This document shows positions 9,473 through 19,426 of a DNA stretch of 64,000 nucleotides, one piece after another. Position numbers and translations under genes: made by a program. Below the pieces are notes generated by a model. The model was not told the origin of the DNA. It searched no databases and saw only the letters and a program-made list of their open reading frames with translations. The first letter of the stretch is position 1. Each line of letters starts with the position of its first letter. This DNA is from Alphaproteobacteria bacterium (lineage in GTDB: Bacteria; Pseudomonadota; Alphaproteobacteria; CACIAM-22H2), in NCBI GenBank assembly GCA_041690495.1, contig JAWLHE010000013.1, positions 12,446 through 76,445 of the forward strand, written 5' to 3'.

Positions 9473-10075
9473 CTACTTGGAGACGGAGATCGCCACCGCC
9501 TCGGTATGACGGATCACGACCGTATCGCCCTTGTGGAAGCGCTCGATATTTCCGATCCGTTCGTCGATGTGGACCGCCAGCAGCGTTCCTTCGGACCCCT
9601 TGAGCTTCGCGCGGCGCCCGACATGATCGATCTCGTCTATCACCGCGGTCATCTGCACCGTTCCGACGTCGACTCCCGCCGGCTTTTCGCGCGGCGCCAC
9701 CGTCGCTGCGCGTTGGACGTCGGGAGCAGTGGCCTCCGCCGCGCCCGATGCAGGCTCGGCCGCGATGGACACGGCGATCGACTCGATGACCTCGACATTG
9801 AGCCGGTCCCCGGCCGCGATCTGGTTGAAGTCGCTCACCGTCGGAGCGACTTTGACGACCAGCACCCGGCCGTCCTCGCCGCGCAGGCTCACCCGGCGCA
9901 GCGTGCGGTCGATCATCTCGACTTTTCCGGTCGCGGTCACGGTGTCGGCCAGTAAGAAGAGGTGATCGGCGGGCGGCGCAGCCCCGGTCTGGGCGTAAGC
10001 GGTCGCCACGGTCGGCAACGAAGCAGCATACTGCAGACCGGCAGCAATCAACGCCGGTACGATGGGATTGTGCAT
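9473..10075 (-). CDS. Secreted hypothetical protein with two OB-like repeats
   Basis: Signal peptide; two related units TATGKVEMIDRTLRRVSLRG and TAVIDEIDHVGRRAKLKG. Confidence 0.75.
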   Translation of the reverse strand: MHNPIVPALIAAGLQYAASLPTVATAYAQTGAAPPADHLFLLADTVTATGKVEMIDRTLRRVSLRGEDGRVLVVKVAPTVSDFNQIAAGDRLNVEVIESIAVSIAAEPASGAAEATAPDVQRAATVAPREKPAGVDVGTVQMTAVIDEIDHVGRRAKLKGSEGTLLAVHIDERIGNIERFHKGDTVVIRHTEAVAISVSK

Positions 10076-10221
10076 GAGGCACCTCCTCGCGCGGAAACGA
10101 GCGCGGTGCTTATGCAACGATATCGGGGCGCTGGCGGCCCCGCATCGCGGCAGACGGATCTACCCGGAAAATCCGTCCGCCCGGAATCTATCGCCCTGGT
10201 GTTTGACCGGTCTCGGCGCCC

Positions 10222-11046
10222 TCACCGGGTCGGGCTGGAGTATGAGCCTGGAGGGCTTTGAGACGGGGATTGAGTCGGGCTGAATGAGTCGGTCGTCCCG
10301 CTGCGCGGGGCCGGCGCGCCGGACGCGCTGGTCGGCTGGCCCGTCGGCGACGTGAGCACCACCTCGACGCGGCGATTGAGTTGCCGCCCCTGGACGGTAT
10401 CGTTGCTGGCGACCGGTACACTTTCGCCCATGCCGCGTGCATTCACCCGCGTCGGATCTATGCCGCGGCGCACCAGCGCAGTACGGACCGCCTCCGCCCG
10501 CCGCTGCGATAGCTGGAGATTGTAGGAATCGCTGCCAGTGCTGTCCGTATAGCCTTCGAGCGTGACATTGGTGTCCGGGTTGTCCCGGAGGAAGCTTGCG
10601 AGCTGTTCGAGCGTCGGCGCCGCGCCGGGAAGCAGCTCGGCCTCGTCGTGTTTGAACAGCACGTTGCTCAGGGTCACGACCTGGCTGCGCGGGGCCGGCC
10701 TGTCGCGCTCAATGCTGGCCCTCTGGATCTGCTCCCGGGTTTGACTGAGCCTGGCCGTCTCCTCGGCAAGCGCCGCACGCTGCATGGCAAGATAGGCGCG
10801 GTGCCTGACCTCCTCCTCGCTGGCGCCGTCGGCCCAGGCGGCCTCGGCGATGTTCAGGGACTCGCGGGCGCTCCGCACCTCACCGGGCGCCCCGCGATTG
10901 ACCATCGGATCTTGCGCGATGGCCGCCACGCGCGCGCGCGCCTGCTCCAGCGTGGCGTTCTCCTGCGATGTCGAACACGCGGCGACGCCGAGGGCAAGCG
11001 CGGTGGCGACGATGACGCGTGGGTACCGGACTGCGAGGTTCATCAT
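10222..11046 (-). CDS. OmpA-family lipoprotein with DUF4398-like domain
   Basis: Lipobox VAAC; EGYTDSTGSDSYNLQLSQRRAEAV and NRRVEV motifs. Confidence 0.93.
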   Translation of the reverse strand: MMNLAVRYPRVIVATALALGVAACSTSQENATLEQARARVAAIAQDPMVNRGAPGEVRSARESLNIAEAAWADGASEEEVRHRAYLAMQRAALAEETARLSQTREQIQRASIERDRPAPRSQVVTLSNVLFKHDEAELLPGAAPTLEQLASFLRDNPDTNVTLEGYTDSTGSDSYNLQLSQRRAEAVRTALVRRGIDPTRVNARGMGESVPVASNDTVQGRQLNRRVEVVLTSPTGQPTSASGAPAPRSGTTDSFSPTQSPSQSPPGSYSSPTR

Positions 11047-11066
11047 GGACTCCTGTCGTTTGTCGT

Positions 11067-11438
11067 TTAACGCGGGGTAATCGGCCGCTGCGATCCGGTT
11101 CCCCCCTGGACCTCCTGCAGGGCCCGTTGCGCCGCCGTCGCCTGCGCCTTCGCGCCGGCAACCTCGGCATCGACCTGCGCTTCCTCGGCAAGCCAGAGCG
11201 CCATCTCGTATTCCGACTGGTTGGCGGCGTCCTGCGCATGGTTGAGCTTGATCCGTGCGTTGTTAAGCTCGACCGGCGCGTAATCGGTGGCGCCCGCTCG
11301 CTCGGCGGAATCGATCGCCACGCGCGCGGCTCCTATCTCGGTAGTAGGCGGCGTTCCGGAGGAACAGGCGCCCAGTCCTGCACCCAGTGCAATGAGCATC
11401 AGCGCAACGAACGGTCCTGAAATGCGACGATGGATCAT
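11067..11438 (-). CDS. DUF4398-type lipoprotein
   Basis: LGAC lipobox; ARVAIDSAERAGATDYAPVELNNAR; usual partner of the downstream OmpA gene. Confidence 0.85.
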   Translation of the reverse strand: MIHRRISGPFVALMLIALGAGLGACSSGTPPTTEIGAARVAIDSAERAGATDYAPVELNNARIKLNHAQDAANQSEYEMALWLAEEAQVDAEVAGAKAQATAAQRALQEVQGGTGSQRPITPR

Positions 11439-11482
11439 GTGGCGAACTCCGCTTCGAGACGTTACGGGGATAAGTCGCAACA

Positions 11483-11509
11483 GGAACGCAGAGCGGCGCA
11501 TTTCGTTGC
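11483..11509. promoter_or_regulatory. Overlapping bidirectional EcfG-type promoters
   Basis: Plus strand GGAAC(11483)-N16-CGTT; minus strand GCAAC-N16-CGTT on the same bases. Confidence 0.7.
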
Positions 11510-11557
11510 CGTACGTGGCAAGAGCGTAGCCAATCATCAGCGAAAGGAACGCGCATC

Positions 11558-11986
11558 ATGTACTTGCGAGTAATGGGTATGATCATAAGCGGCGCGCTGT
11601 GGCTGAGTGCTCCGCCGGCCTCCCAGGCGCAGACCAGAAGCTACGACAGCTGCCGGGACGAGGCCGCCACCAAGAACATCACCGGGGACGACCTGGCCGA
11701 CTTCATGAACCGCTGTACCGCGCAACCGGCCATGAGCGGCTCGACCGCGACAGGGCCGACCTACAATTCCTGCAGGGGCGAAGCCATATCGCGCAATCTG
11801 TCCGGCGATGCGCGCGCCGACTATGTCGACAGCTGCCTCGCCCGGTCCGGCTCGATGTCCGGGACCGCTTCAGGTGCCGCGGGCACCGGCGGCGCCACGT
11901 TTCATCAGTGTCGGACGCAGGCCGCCGCGCGGGGCATCGAAGGCACGGCGTTGGACCAGTTCCTGGATGACTGCGTAGCTCGATAG
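11558..11986 (+). CDS. PsiF-repeat secreted protein (3 repeats)
   Basis: Signal peptide and three repeats: CRDEAATKNITGDDLADFMNRC, CRGEAISRNLSGDARADYVDSC, CRTQAAARGIEGTALDQFLDDC. Confidence 0.8.
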   Translation: MYLRVMGMIISGALWLSAPPASQAQTRSYDSCRDEAATKNITGDDLADFMNRCTAQPAMSGSTATGPTYNSCRGEAISRNLSGDARADYVDSCLARSGSMSGTASGAAGTGGATFHQCRTQAAARGIEGTALDQFLDDCVAR

Positions 11987-12111
11987 CGAATCGGAGACAT
12001 GTTGTCGGCGGCGCGGCGGAATCGCGCCGCCGCGGAAAGCCTGGTCAAGCTACATCTTCCTCGCCCGATAGAGCCGAAGCCGGGTAGATCCGCAGGACAG
12101 CCCGGCGGCGC

Positions 12112-12534
12112 CTATTCGGGCGAGGGCCGGCTGCCGCGCAGGCGCTTGAGCGCCGAGCGCTTGGCCTTGGCCTTGAGCCGTCGCTGGCGTGCCGCCGCGG
12201 TCGGCTTGGTCGCGCGCCGCTTCACCGGTGCCACGCTGGCACGGCGAACCAGCTCGACCAGCCGCTCACGCGCGTCCTCGCGGTTACGCTCCTGGGTACG
12301 ATGGCGCTGGGCGGTGATGACCAGCACGCCATCGCGGGTCAGACGCCGGCCGGCAAGCTGTTCGAGCCGGGCGCGCACATCCGGCGGCAACGAGGGCGAG
12401 CGCCGCACATCGAAGCGGAGCTGCACCGCGGTCGCCAACTTGTTGACGTTCTGCCCGCCGGGGCCGGAGGCGCGGATAAAGCGCTCCACGATTTCGCGCT
12501 CGTCGAGCCCGATCCGGCCGGTGATGCGGATCAT
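12112..12534 (-). CDS. arfB: Alternative ribosome rescue peptidyl-tRNA hydrolase ArfB
   Basis: RASGPGGQNVNK motif and basic C-terminal tail. Confidence 0.96.
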   Translation of the reverse strand: MIRITGRIGLDEREIVERFIRASGPGGQNVNKLATAVQLRFDVRRSPSLPPDVRARLEQLAGRRLTRDGVLVITAQRHRTQERNREDARERLVELVRRASVAPVKRRATKPTAAARQRRLKAKAKRSALKRLRGSRPSPE

Positions 12535-12561
12535 GCGCCGGCTCCCCCCATGTCGCCAGCG

Positions 12562-12777
12562 CTACTTGGCGCGCCCGCGCAGCTCTTCGATCTCGGCCGC
12601 CATTGCGTCGATTGTCGAGGCCATGTTCTCGACCAGCGCACGCGCCGTCGCCGGCAAGGCGACATCGCGCGCCTGTTCCGCGAGTCGTCGCGCGCGGTCG
12701 AGATCGACGGTTCTCGAATCCTGTCGCATAGCCTGCACCAAACCCGTTGCATCGGTTCGGCTTTGAGTGTCGCGCAT
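12562..12777 (-). CDS. Small hypothetical protein
   Basis: Helical/coiled 71-aa ORF (MRDTQSRTD...EIEELRGRAK) co-oriented with its neighbours. Confidence 0.5.
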   Translation of the reverse strand: MRDTQSRTDATGLVQAMRQDSRTVDLDRARRLAEQARDVALPATARALVENMASTIDAMAAEIEELRGRAK

Positions 12778-12814
12778 GATCGCCGCCGCCGCAATCATGC
12801 TCTTTTGCAGGCCT

Positions 12815-13141
12815 CTAATGCGTGCGACGATTGCGGTGGCGCCCGAATCCGGAGGGCTGCCCCGGCTGGCGCGTCGTATCCCACATGACGATGTGCTCGA
12901 TCCCCTGCTCGGCGGCGAGCGCCTCCGCACGCGACCTCGCCTCGTCCAGCTCCATCACTTCGCCCGCGACCAGGACCTTGGTCTGCATCGCGTCGTCCTC
13001 GATCGAGCGGCCAATTTCGCGGGTCTTCTGGCGCTGGATCGAAACCTTGAACTTGCCCGGCGTCTCCGCGAGCGCGCTGTAATTGACGAGGATGATCTTC
13101 GCAGCCGATTTCCACTCGGCCAGCGGCAGAAACGTCGCCAT
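12815..13141 (-). CDS. Hypothetical protein
   Basis: MATFLPLAEWKSAAKIILVNY..., GGAG RBS, EcfG-type promoter upstream. Confidence 0.65.
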   Translation of the reverse strand: MATFLPLAEWKSAAKIILVNYSALAETPGKFKVSIQRQKTREIGRSIEDDAMQTKVLVAGEVMELDEARSRAEALAAEQGIEHIVMWDTTRQPGQPSGFGRHRNRRTH

Positions 13142-13206
13142 CGTTGATCTCCGGGAGGTGGTCGAAATGCGGAGCGGCCTGGGACGCCGCCTTCCTGCAA
13201 TTACGG

Positions 13207-13231
13207 AACGAGTGCCGCGCCCTTTGGTTCC
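13207..13231 (-). promoter_or_regulatory. EcfG-type promoter
   Basis: Minus-strand GGAAC-N16-CGTT, about 65 bp before the ATG at 13141. Confidence 0.65.
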
Positions 13232-13263
13232 GCCGCGCCGGGTTGCGGCGGCGGAAACCGCCA

Positions 13264-13602
13264 TCACCGAGGGGCGCGCTTCAGACTCATGATATAGGCA
13301 GCGATATCCTCCGACTCCTGCGCCGAGAGAATCAGGGTCGGCATGATCGGATGCGGCGTGCGGATCACATTGCGCAGCGCGAATTCGGTCGTTTCCGGCC
13401 GGCGTGCGATCTCCTGGAAGCTCGGAGCATCCACATCCATGGGCTGGCGCTGCCCCGGCGAAACGAAATGACAACCTGAACAGAGCTGAAGGGCGAGCTT
13501 GCGGCCGGTCGTCACCGCATCCTGCGGCTCCTGCGCCGGTGCAGGCGAGGCCGCGATCGCAATGACGACCGCCGCACCCGCGATGTCAGTGAGGGTGAGC
13601 AT
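13264..13602 (-). CDS. Monoheme cytochrome c
   Basis: Signal peptide, CSGCH, APSF...PHPIMP. Confidence 0.9.
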   Translation of the reverse strand: MLTLTDIAGAAVVIAIAASPAPAQEPQDAVTTGRKLALQLCSGCHFVSPGQRQPMDVDAPSFQEIARRPETTEFALRNVIRTPHPIMPTLILSAQESEDIAAYIMSLKRAPR

Positions 13603-13605
13603 CGT

Positions 13606-13917
13606 TCATTGCTTCTTTTGTGCCTCGATGAACGCGACGAGGTCGTCGATGTCCTGGCGCGACAGCTCGAACGGCGGCATGGGCGGATGCGGCCGCGACA
13701 GAAAGCCCCGCAGGTATTCGGCGTCGCGACGCTGCGCGATGGTCGCGAAGCTGGGTGCCACATCGGCGCCGCGGCCAGTCGGCTCAGCTGCATGGCAGTT
13801 GGCGCACCAGCGCTGGGCCGTGGCCCTGCCATCAGCGGCATCTCCCGCCGCCATCCCGGGACCCGCGACGAACAGTACGAACGGCGCGGCCATCATTATG
13901 CGCTTGGGGATGCTCAT
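13606..13917 (-). CDS. Monoheme cytochrome c
   Basis: Signal peptide, CANCH, APSF...PHPPMPPF. Confidence 0.9.
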   Translation of the reverse strand: MSIPKRIMMAAPFVLFVAGPGMAAGDAADGRATAQRWCANCHAAEPTGRGADVAPSFATIAQRRDAEYLRGFLSRPHPPMPPFELSRQDIDDLVAFIEAQKKQ

Positions 13918-13985
13918 GCTCCTCTCTGTTGCATGCCCGGCAGGCGGCTGGCAAGCACCACCGCCGCGCCGGGCGTATTACCCCG

Positions 13986-14672
13986 TCAGACGGCGGTGTG
14001 CGCCGGCTCGAGACTGAGATGGTCGCGCACGCCTTTGGCGCCCGGCGCGTTCTCCGCGGCGACGCGGATGGCATGCCGCTCGTCCTCCGACCGGACGAGC
14101 CCCCAGAGATGCACGATGCCTTCGCTTACGACGATGTTCTTGGTCCATAGCGAGGTCCAGCTCTGCGCCTTCAGCTCGCGCAGGATGGCGTCGCGTATCG
14201 CCGCATCGTCACGCGAAACGGCATCCGAGACGGTGCCGCTGGCCAGGCCCTGCAGCAGGTTGGCGCGGCTGACGATGCCGACCAGCTTGCCGTCGCGCAT
14301 CACCGGCACGCGCTTGATCCGATGCTTCTCCATCAGATCGGCGACCTCGCGCAGCGTCGTGCTCTCGACCACCGTGATGACATTGGCCGTCATGACGTCC
14401 TGGGCCTTGCGACCGCGCGACCTGGCGTACTCTGCCGCTCGCTCCGGACTCTCTGAGAGCAGTTCGAGCCACCACGAATGCCGCGCCTCGGTCTCGTTCT
14501 CGACGCGGCGCACGAGATCGCCCTCGCTGACCAGACCGAGGATGGCGCCCTCGCCATTGACGACCGGCACGCCGCTGATGCGGCGGCGCAGGAAAAGGCT
14601 GGCAATCTCGCTGACGGTAGTGTTCGGACCGACAGTAATGACGTCTCTTGTCATGACATCGACGGCGCGCAT
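13986..14672 (-). CDS. CBS-pair plus BON domain protein
   Basis: MRAVDVMTRDVITV, ISGVPVV, GLVSEGDL, and a C-terminal BON domain (GIVHLWG...VRDHL). Confidence 0.93.
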   Translation of the reverse strand: MRAVDVMTRDVITVGPNTTVSEIASLFLRRRISGVPVVNGEGAILGLVSEGDLVRRVENETEARHSWWLELLSESPERAAEYARSRGRKAQDVMTANVITVVESTTLREVADLMEKHRIKRVPVMRDGKLVGIVSRANLLQGLASGTVSDAVSRDDAAIRDAILRELKAQSWTSLWTKNIVVSEGIVHLWGLVRSEDERHAIRVAAENAPGAKGVRDHLSLEPAHTAV

Positions 14673-14729
14673 GGCTTCCTCCGTTTCAATTCCGCGTTGC
14701 AAGCAAAGCGCGAAGCGGCGCGACGGGCA

Positions 14730-14743
14730 TTGATTTGGATCAT
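14730..14743. promoter_or_regulatory. FNR/FixK box
   Basis: TTGAT-TTGG-ATCAT (consensus TTGAT-N4-ATCAA), about 60 bp upstream of the CBS-BON start. Confidence 0.65.
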
Positions 14744-14933
14744 GCGGATCGCGGTCGCGACGCCGGCCGTCTCTTTCGGAGGCGGATGAACCGACCACCG
14801 CCCCCTGCAGTTGACTTGATGCCGGCCTTTCTATCGTAATATGGGGACGCTGCGCTGTCTTCGGCGGCCAACCAGCGATTTCGCTATTATTGTCAACCTA
14901 TTGGGTGGGGGCGCCGGCCAGGGAGTACACCGC

Positions 14934-17096
14934 ATGGGTGGGTTGGAGGACCGTGCAGCGGCAAGTCTGGCGACCAGACCGGGCGATCCCGTCTGGACGG
15001 CGGCGCACTCCACCGGGCTGCTCAGCGTGCTTCCGGTCGCCGTCTTCACCATCGACCGGTCCGGTGTCATCACCAATTATAACGCGCGCGCCGCGGAACT
15101 CTGGGGACGTGCGCCGGTATGCGGCGACACGCAACGACGCTTCTGCGGCTCGTGGCGCCTGTTCCTGCCCGATGGTACTTGGCTGCCGCACGAGTTGTGC
15201 CCGATGGCCTCGATTCTCGAGAACGGCCGGCCGGTCAAGGACCTTGAGGTGATCATGGAGCGGCCGGACGGCTCGCGCATCACGGTCCTCGCCAACATCG
15301 TGGCGCTGCGCGACGAGAGCGGCGCCATTGTCGGCGCGATGAATTGCTTCAACGACATCACCGAGCGGAAGCGCTCGGAACGCCAGTTGCACGAGAGCCA
15401 TCAGGACCTCGAGGATTTTTTCGAGAATTGCGCGGTCGGGCTGCACTGGGTGGCCGGCGACGGGACCATTCTGCGGGCCAACCGCGCCGAGCTCGAGCTG
15501 CTTGGCTATCGCCGCGAGGAGTATGTCGGCCGACACATCGCCGAGTTCCACGCCGATCCGGTCGCCATTGCCGACATCCTTGCCCGCCTTGAGCGCGGCG
15601 AAGCGCTCGACAAGTACCCGGCGCGGCTGCTCGCCAGGGACGGATCGGTCAGGCATGTGCTAATCACGTCCAACGGACGGTTCGGCAATGGCCGGCTCCT
15701 TCACACGCGCTGCTTCACCATCGACGTGACCGCGGCGCGCCGCGCCGAGGAGACGCTGAGCGAGCGCGAACGGTGGTCCCGCGACCTGATCGAATCGCTG
15801 CCGGCGGCGATCTATACGACCGACGCCGCGGGGCGCGTCAATTTCTACAACCGCGCGGCGGTCGAGTTTGCGGGCCGCGAGCCCGTGCTCGGCAGCGACG
15901 AGTGGTGCGTCTCGTGGCGCATGTACCGGCCGGACGGAACGCCCCTGCCGCACGATGAATGCCCGATGGCGGTTGCGCTGAGGGAGAACCGGCCGGTCCG
16001 CGGCGTCGAGGCGATTCTCGAGCGCCCTGACGGAACGTGCATTCCGTTCATTCCCTTCCCGACGCCGCTGCACGACGCATCCGGCGCGCTCGTCGGCGCC
16101 GTGAACATGCTGGTCGACATCAGCGAGCGCAAGCGCGCGGACCGGTATGCGAAACGTCTCGCGGCGATCGTCGAATCCTCCGACGATGCTATCATCAGCA
16201 AGAGCCTCGACGGCATCATCGAGACTTGGAACGAAGGCGCAGAGCGGATCTTCGGCTACAAGGCGAACGAAGTGATCGGCAAGCCCATAACGATCCTGAT
16301 CCCGGAGGATCGCCAGGACGAGGAACCCGGGATTCTCGCGCGCGTCCGGCGCGGCGAGCGGGTCGAGCATTACGAGACGGTGCGGCGGCGCAAGGACGGA
16401 AACCTGATCGACATCTCGTTGACGATATCGCCGATCCGTAATGCCGAAGGGGCGATCGTCGGGGCGTCCAAGATCTCGCGGGACATCACCGCACAGAAGC
16501 AGGCCGAGGAGCGGATGAAGCTGCTGGCGCGCGAAGTCGACCACCGCGCCAAGAACATCCTCGCCACCGTTCAGGCGCTGACGCGCATGACGCGCGCGGA
16601 CACCGTGCCGGCCTACACGGAAGCGCTGATGGGCCGCCTCCGCGCGCTCGCGCAGGCGCATACGCTGCTGGCGAAGAGCCGCTGGACGGGCATCAATCTC
16701 CGGCGCCTGATCGAGGAGGAGCTCGAACCGTTCGGCACCAACGGCGACGGCCATCTGACGATAGCCGGCCCGGAGGTCGACCTATCGCCCGAGGCCGGCC
16801 AGGGACTCGGGATGGCACTACACGAGCTCGCCACCAATGCGGCGAAATACGGCGCCTTCTCGGTCCCGGGCGGCTCCGTCTCCATCCAGTGGTCCGCGAC
16901 CGGCGGGCGGCTGGTGCTGCGCTGGACCGAGCGCGGCGGCCCTCCGGTGCGCGCGCCGGGGCGGCGCGGTTTCGGCAGCGGCCTGATCGAGGCGGCGATC
17001 CAGGGACAGCTCGACGGTGAGGCGATCTTTGACTGGTGTCCCGCGGGGCTCGCCTGCGAGCTCAGCATGTCGACCGAGAAGCTGGCGCTGGTCTGA
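14934..17096 (+). CDS. Multi-PAS HWE-family histidine kinase
   Basis: Four PAS/PAC units; EVDHRAKNILATVQ, LHELATNAAKYGA and WTERGGP motifs. Confidence 0.93.
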   Translation: MGGLEDRAAASLATRPGDPVWTAAHSTGLLSVLPVAVFTIDRSGVITNYNARAAELWGRAPVCGDTQRRFCGSWRLFLPDGTWLPHELCPMASILENGRPVKDLEVIMERPDGSRITVLANIVALRDESGAIVGAMNCFNDITERKRSERQLHESHQDLEDFFENCAVGLHWVAGDGTILRANRAELELLGYRREEYVGRHIAEFHADPVAIADILARLERGEALDKYPARLLARDGSVRHVLITSNGRFGNGRLLHTRCFTIDVTAARRAEETLSERERWSRDLIESLPAAIYTTDAAGRVNFYNRAAVEFAGREPVLGSDEWCVSWRMYRPDGTPLPHDECPMAVALRENRPVRGVEAILERPDGTCIPFIPFPTPLHDASGALVGAVNMLVDISERKRADRYAKRLAAIVESSDDAIISKSLDGIIETWNEGAERIFGYKANEVIGKPITILIPEDRQDEEPGILARVRRGERVEHYETVRRRKDGNLIDISLTISPIRNAEGAIVGASKISRDITAQKQAEERMKLLAREVDHRAKNILATVQALTRMTRADTVPAYTEALMGRLRALAQAHTLLAKSRWTGINLRRLIEEELEPFGTNGDGHLTIAGPEVDLSPEAGQGLGMALHELATNAAKYGAFSVPGGSVSIQWSATGGRLVLRWTERGGPPVRAPGRRGFGSGLIEAAIQGQLDGEAIFDWCPAGLACELSMSTEKLALV

Positions 17097-17206
17097 CTGG
17101 GTTGCGCAGGCGTCGTTCCGGCGCCGGCTTTGCCCCCTCGGAACAAAACATGCTGCGCCATGCGCGGAAGAATGCCGACGCGCGGCGGGCGGGACAGGCG
17201 GGGGAA

Positions 17207-18298
17207 TCAATCGCCCTGCACGGCATTCGTCCCCGGCCGCGGTTCGGGACGGACGGCCGGCACGGCTTCGGGATGCGCAAGGGCATCCCTGACGGTTTCG
17301 GCCGATTTCGTCCAGTCATGAGTCATGGCCGCCGCGACGATGCGCGCCTCGTCGAAGGGCGTGCGCATGGCGGCGCGCAGCGCGTTCGCCAGCCCGAGCA
17401 GATCCGCACGGTCGTACAGCACACCGCATTCGGCGGTGATCGTGTCCCTGAGGAAGCCGAGCGCCGGCGCCACCACCGGGCGGCCGAAGCTCAGCGCCAG
17501 CATCGCGCCGCCGGAGGTCAGGATCTCGAGATAGGGAAGCGCCACGGTGTCGCATGCCTTGAGATAGAGCTGCATCTCGTCGTCGGGTACGAACCCCGGT
17601 CGGAAGACGATCCGCGCGCGCGAAGCGTCGATCTGCGTGCGGATCGTCGCCTCGTATGCCGGCTCCTGGAACTTTCCGGCGATGACCAGAACGGCGCGCG
17701 GCGGAAGCTCCTCCACCGCGCGGATCAGCGTTTCGAGATTCTTGTACGGCTTGCACAACCCGATGAACAGGAACGCGAATTCGTCCTCGGCGAGTCCGAG
17801 CCGGCGCCGCGCCTCGCTGCGATCGATCGAGTCCGGATAGTGACCCCGCCAGTGCCCATGATCGATCAGCACCACCCGTCCGGCAGCTGCGGGAAAGGCG
17901 CGCTCGACCTTCCGTGCGGCAGAGGGACCATGAACGAGAAGCCGCGTCGCCATCCTCACGATCAGGAGGCGCACGAGGCGGTGCAGCCCCGGGACAACGC
18001 AGCGGTCATGCGGATAAAGGTTGTGTACCGTCCAGATCAGCCGCGCTCCGCGGACGCGCGCCAGCGCCACAAGGAAGACGAGCATCGCGAAGCCGCGCAG
18101 GCAACGCAGCGGATTCGGATGGTTGTAGAAGAAGGACGGCCAGTGGATATGGACGTAGTCGACGCCGCGGAGATGCTCCAGAAGCCACCTTCCGGCCAGC
18201 ATCCCCTCGCGCACCGTCACACCCGCCGCCTCGAGCGCCGGATAGAAGCATTCGGTGTAGGAATCGCCGCGGCGTGGAAACGCCATAACCGTGATCAT
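17207..18298 (-). CDS. GT4 family glycosyltransferase
   Basis: HIHWP, IWTVHNLYPHD, GLCKPYKNLETL, SGGAMLALSFGRPVV. Confidence 0.9.
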   Translation of the reverse strand: MITVMAFPRRGDSYTECFYPALEAAGVTVREGMLAGRWLLEHLRGVDYVHIHWPSFFYNHPNPLRCLRGFAMLVFLVALARVRGARLIWTVHNLYPHDRCVVPGLHRLVRLLIVRMATRLLVHGPSAARKVERAFPAAAGRVVLIDHGHWRGHYPDSIDRSEARRRLGLAEDEFAFLFIGLCKPYKNLETLIRAVEELPPRAVLVIAGKFQEPAYEATIRTQIDASRARIVFRPGFVPDDEMQLYLKACDTVALPYLEILTSGGAMLALSFGRPVVAPALGFLRDTITAECGVLYDRADLLGLANALRAAMRTPFDEARIVAAAMTHDWTKSAETVRDALAHPEAVPAVRPEPRPGTNAVQGD

Positions 18299-18485
18299 GC
18301 CCAGCCAGGCCCCCATGGCGGCCTGGAGCCGCGCCTGAATCGAAACCGGCATTTGTGGTGGAGCCGGATAAACGATGTCTTAGACCACGCGACGGGGGCG
18401 GCGGGCAAGGCGTCGGTATCCTGCGCGACGCATGAGCCGGATCCTCGCCCGACGCCGCTGCCGGCAGCCTGTGATGCGACTTGAT

Positions 18486-19316
18486 TCACGACAGACAGTC
18501 TCGACGCACCGTCCGTTCAGGCGCATCGAGGGGCTTCCGCAGGATCAGACACTGTGCCAGAGCCGGATAAAACTCGCCCATGAGATACTCGCTAAGACGG
18601 GAAAGAATTCTCTGCGGGTCGAACTCGTCGAATCCGCACAGCACGCTGCGGTCGCCCTGCTCAAGGGCGAACGGTGCAATCGCGATCAGGTCGCGAACGT
18701 TGATATTGCGCCCGTATCTGCATTCCTTGCGTCGCGTGAAAGGCTCGACTTCCGGGAATAGATCGAGGGTGATGACGAACAGACCGCCGGGACGCAGGGC
18801 GTCGAATGTGCGGATCATCACGTCGTGCAGCTCCTGATCGGTCAGATGCTCCAGAACGCTGATGGAGACGGCGACATCGAAAGACCGGGGCCGCAGCCCG
18901 GCCTCGCTGATGGCCATGTTCCTCAGCTCGACCCGCGTGCCGAAAAGCCGGTTGAGAATCCGGGTCGTCTCCGTGTCGCAGGGCCATCCCATTCCGGATG
19001 CCGCCATGCCCGGATCCACATTGACCACACGCGCGCCCGCCCGATCCAGCGCGAACTGCAGGCCGCTCAGGCCGCCGCCGATCTCCAGCACATCGAGCCC
19101 GGGGCGGACCGGAATCGCGTGATATGCCCAAGGATATTCAAACGCGCGGATCGTGTTGTTCGGCTGCAGCGAGAACGGCCCTTTGTATCGGGTGACGAGC
19201 CGCTTCGGAAGCATGCGCTCGAGCCGCCACGGCCCCGGAAACGGATGGCCGTGCGGCGCGCCTTGTTCGATGTTCCACTTCCTGTGGGTCTCGGGGAGCT
19301 GTCTTGGGGCCAACAT
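18486..19316 (-). CDS. Class I SAM-dependent methyltransferase
   Basis: FEYPW, VLEIGGG, FDVAVSISVLEH, LRPGG. Confidence 0.88.
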   Translation of the reverse strand: MLAPRQLPETHRKWNIEQGAPHGHPFPGPWRLERMLPKRLVTRYKGPFSLQPNNTIRAFEYPWAYHAIPVRPGLDVLEIGGGLSGLQFALDRAGARVVNVDPGMAASGMGWPCDTETTRILNRLFGTRVELRNMAISEAGLRPRSFDVAVSISVLEHLTDQELHDVMIRTFDALRPGGLFVITLDLFPEVEPFTRRKECRYGRNINVRDLIAIAPFALEQGDRSVLCGFDEFDPQRILSRLSEYLMGEFYPALAQCLILRKPLDAPERTVRRDCLS

Positions 19317-19426
19317 AATTCTGCCTTTTCGCGCGGATCGCACGAGATGATGTTTCCGGTGTGCCCGAAGCCCGAGCACGGTTCTCTGGGACGTTCGTTG
19401 AATGCTTGATCGGATCCGGGCCCTGC

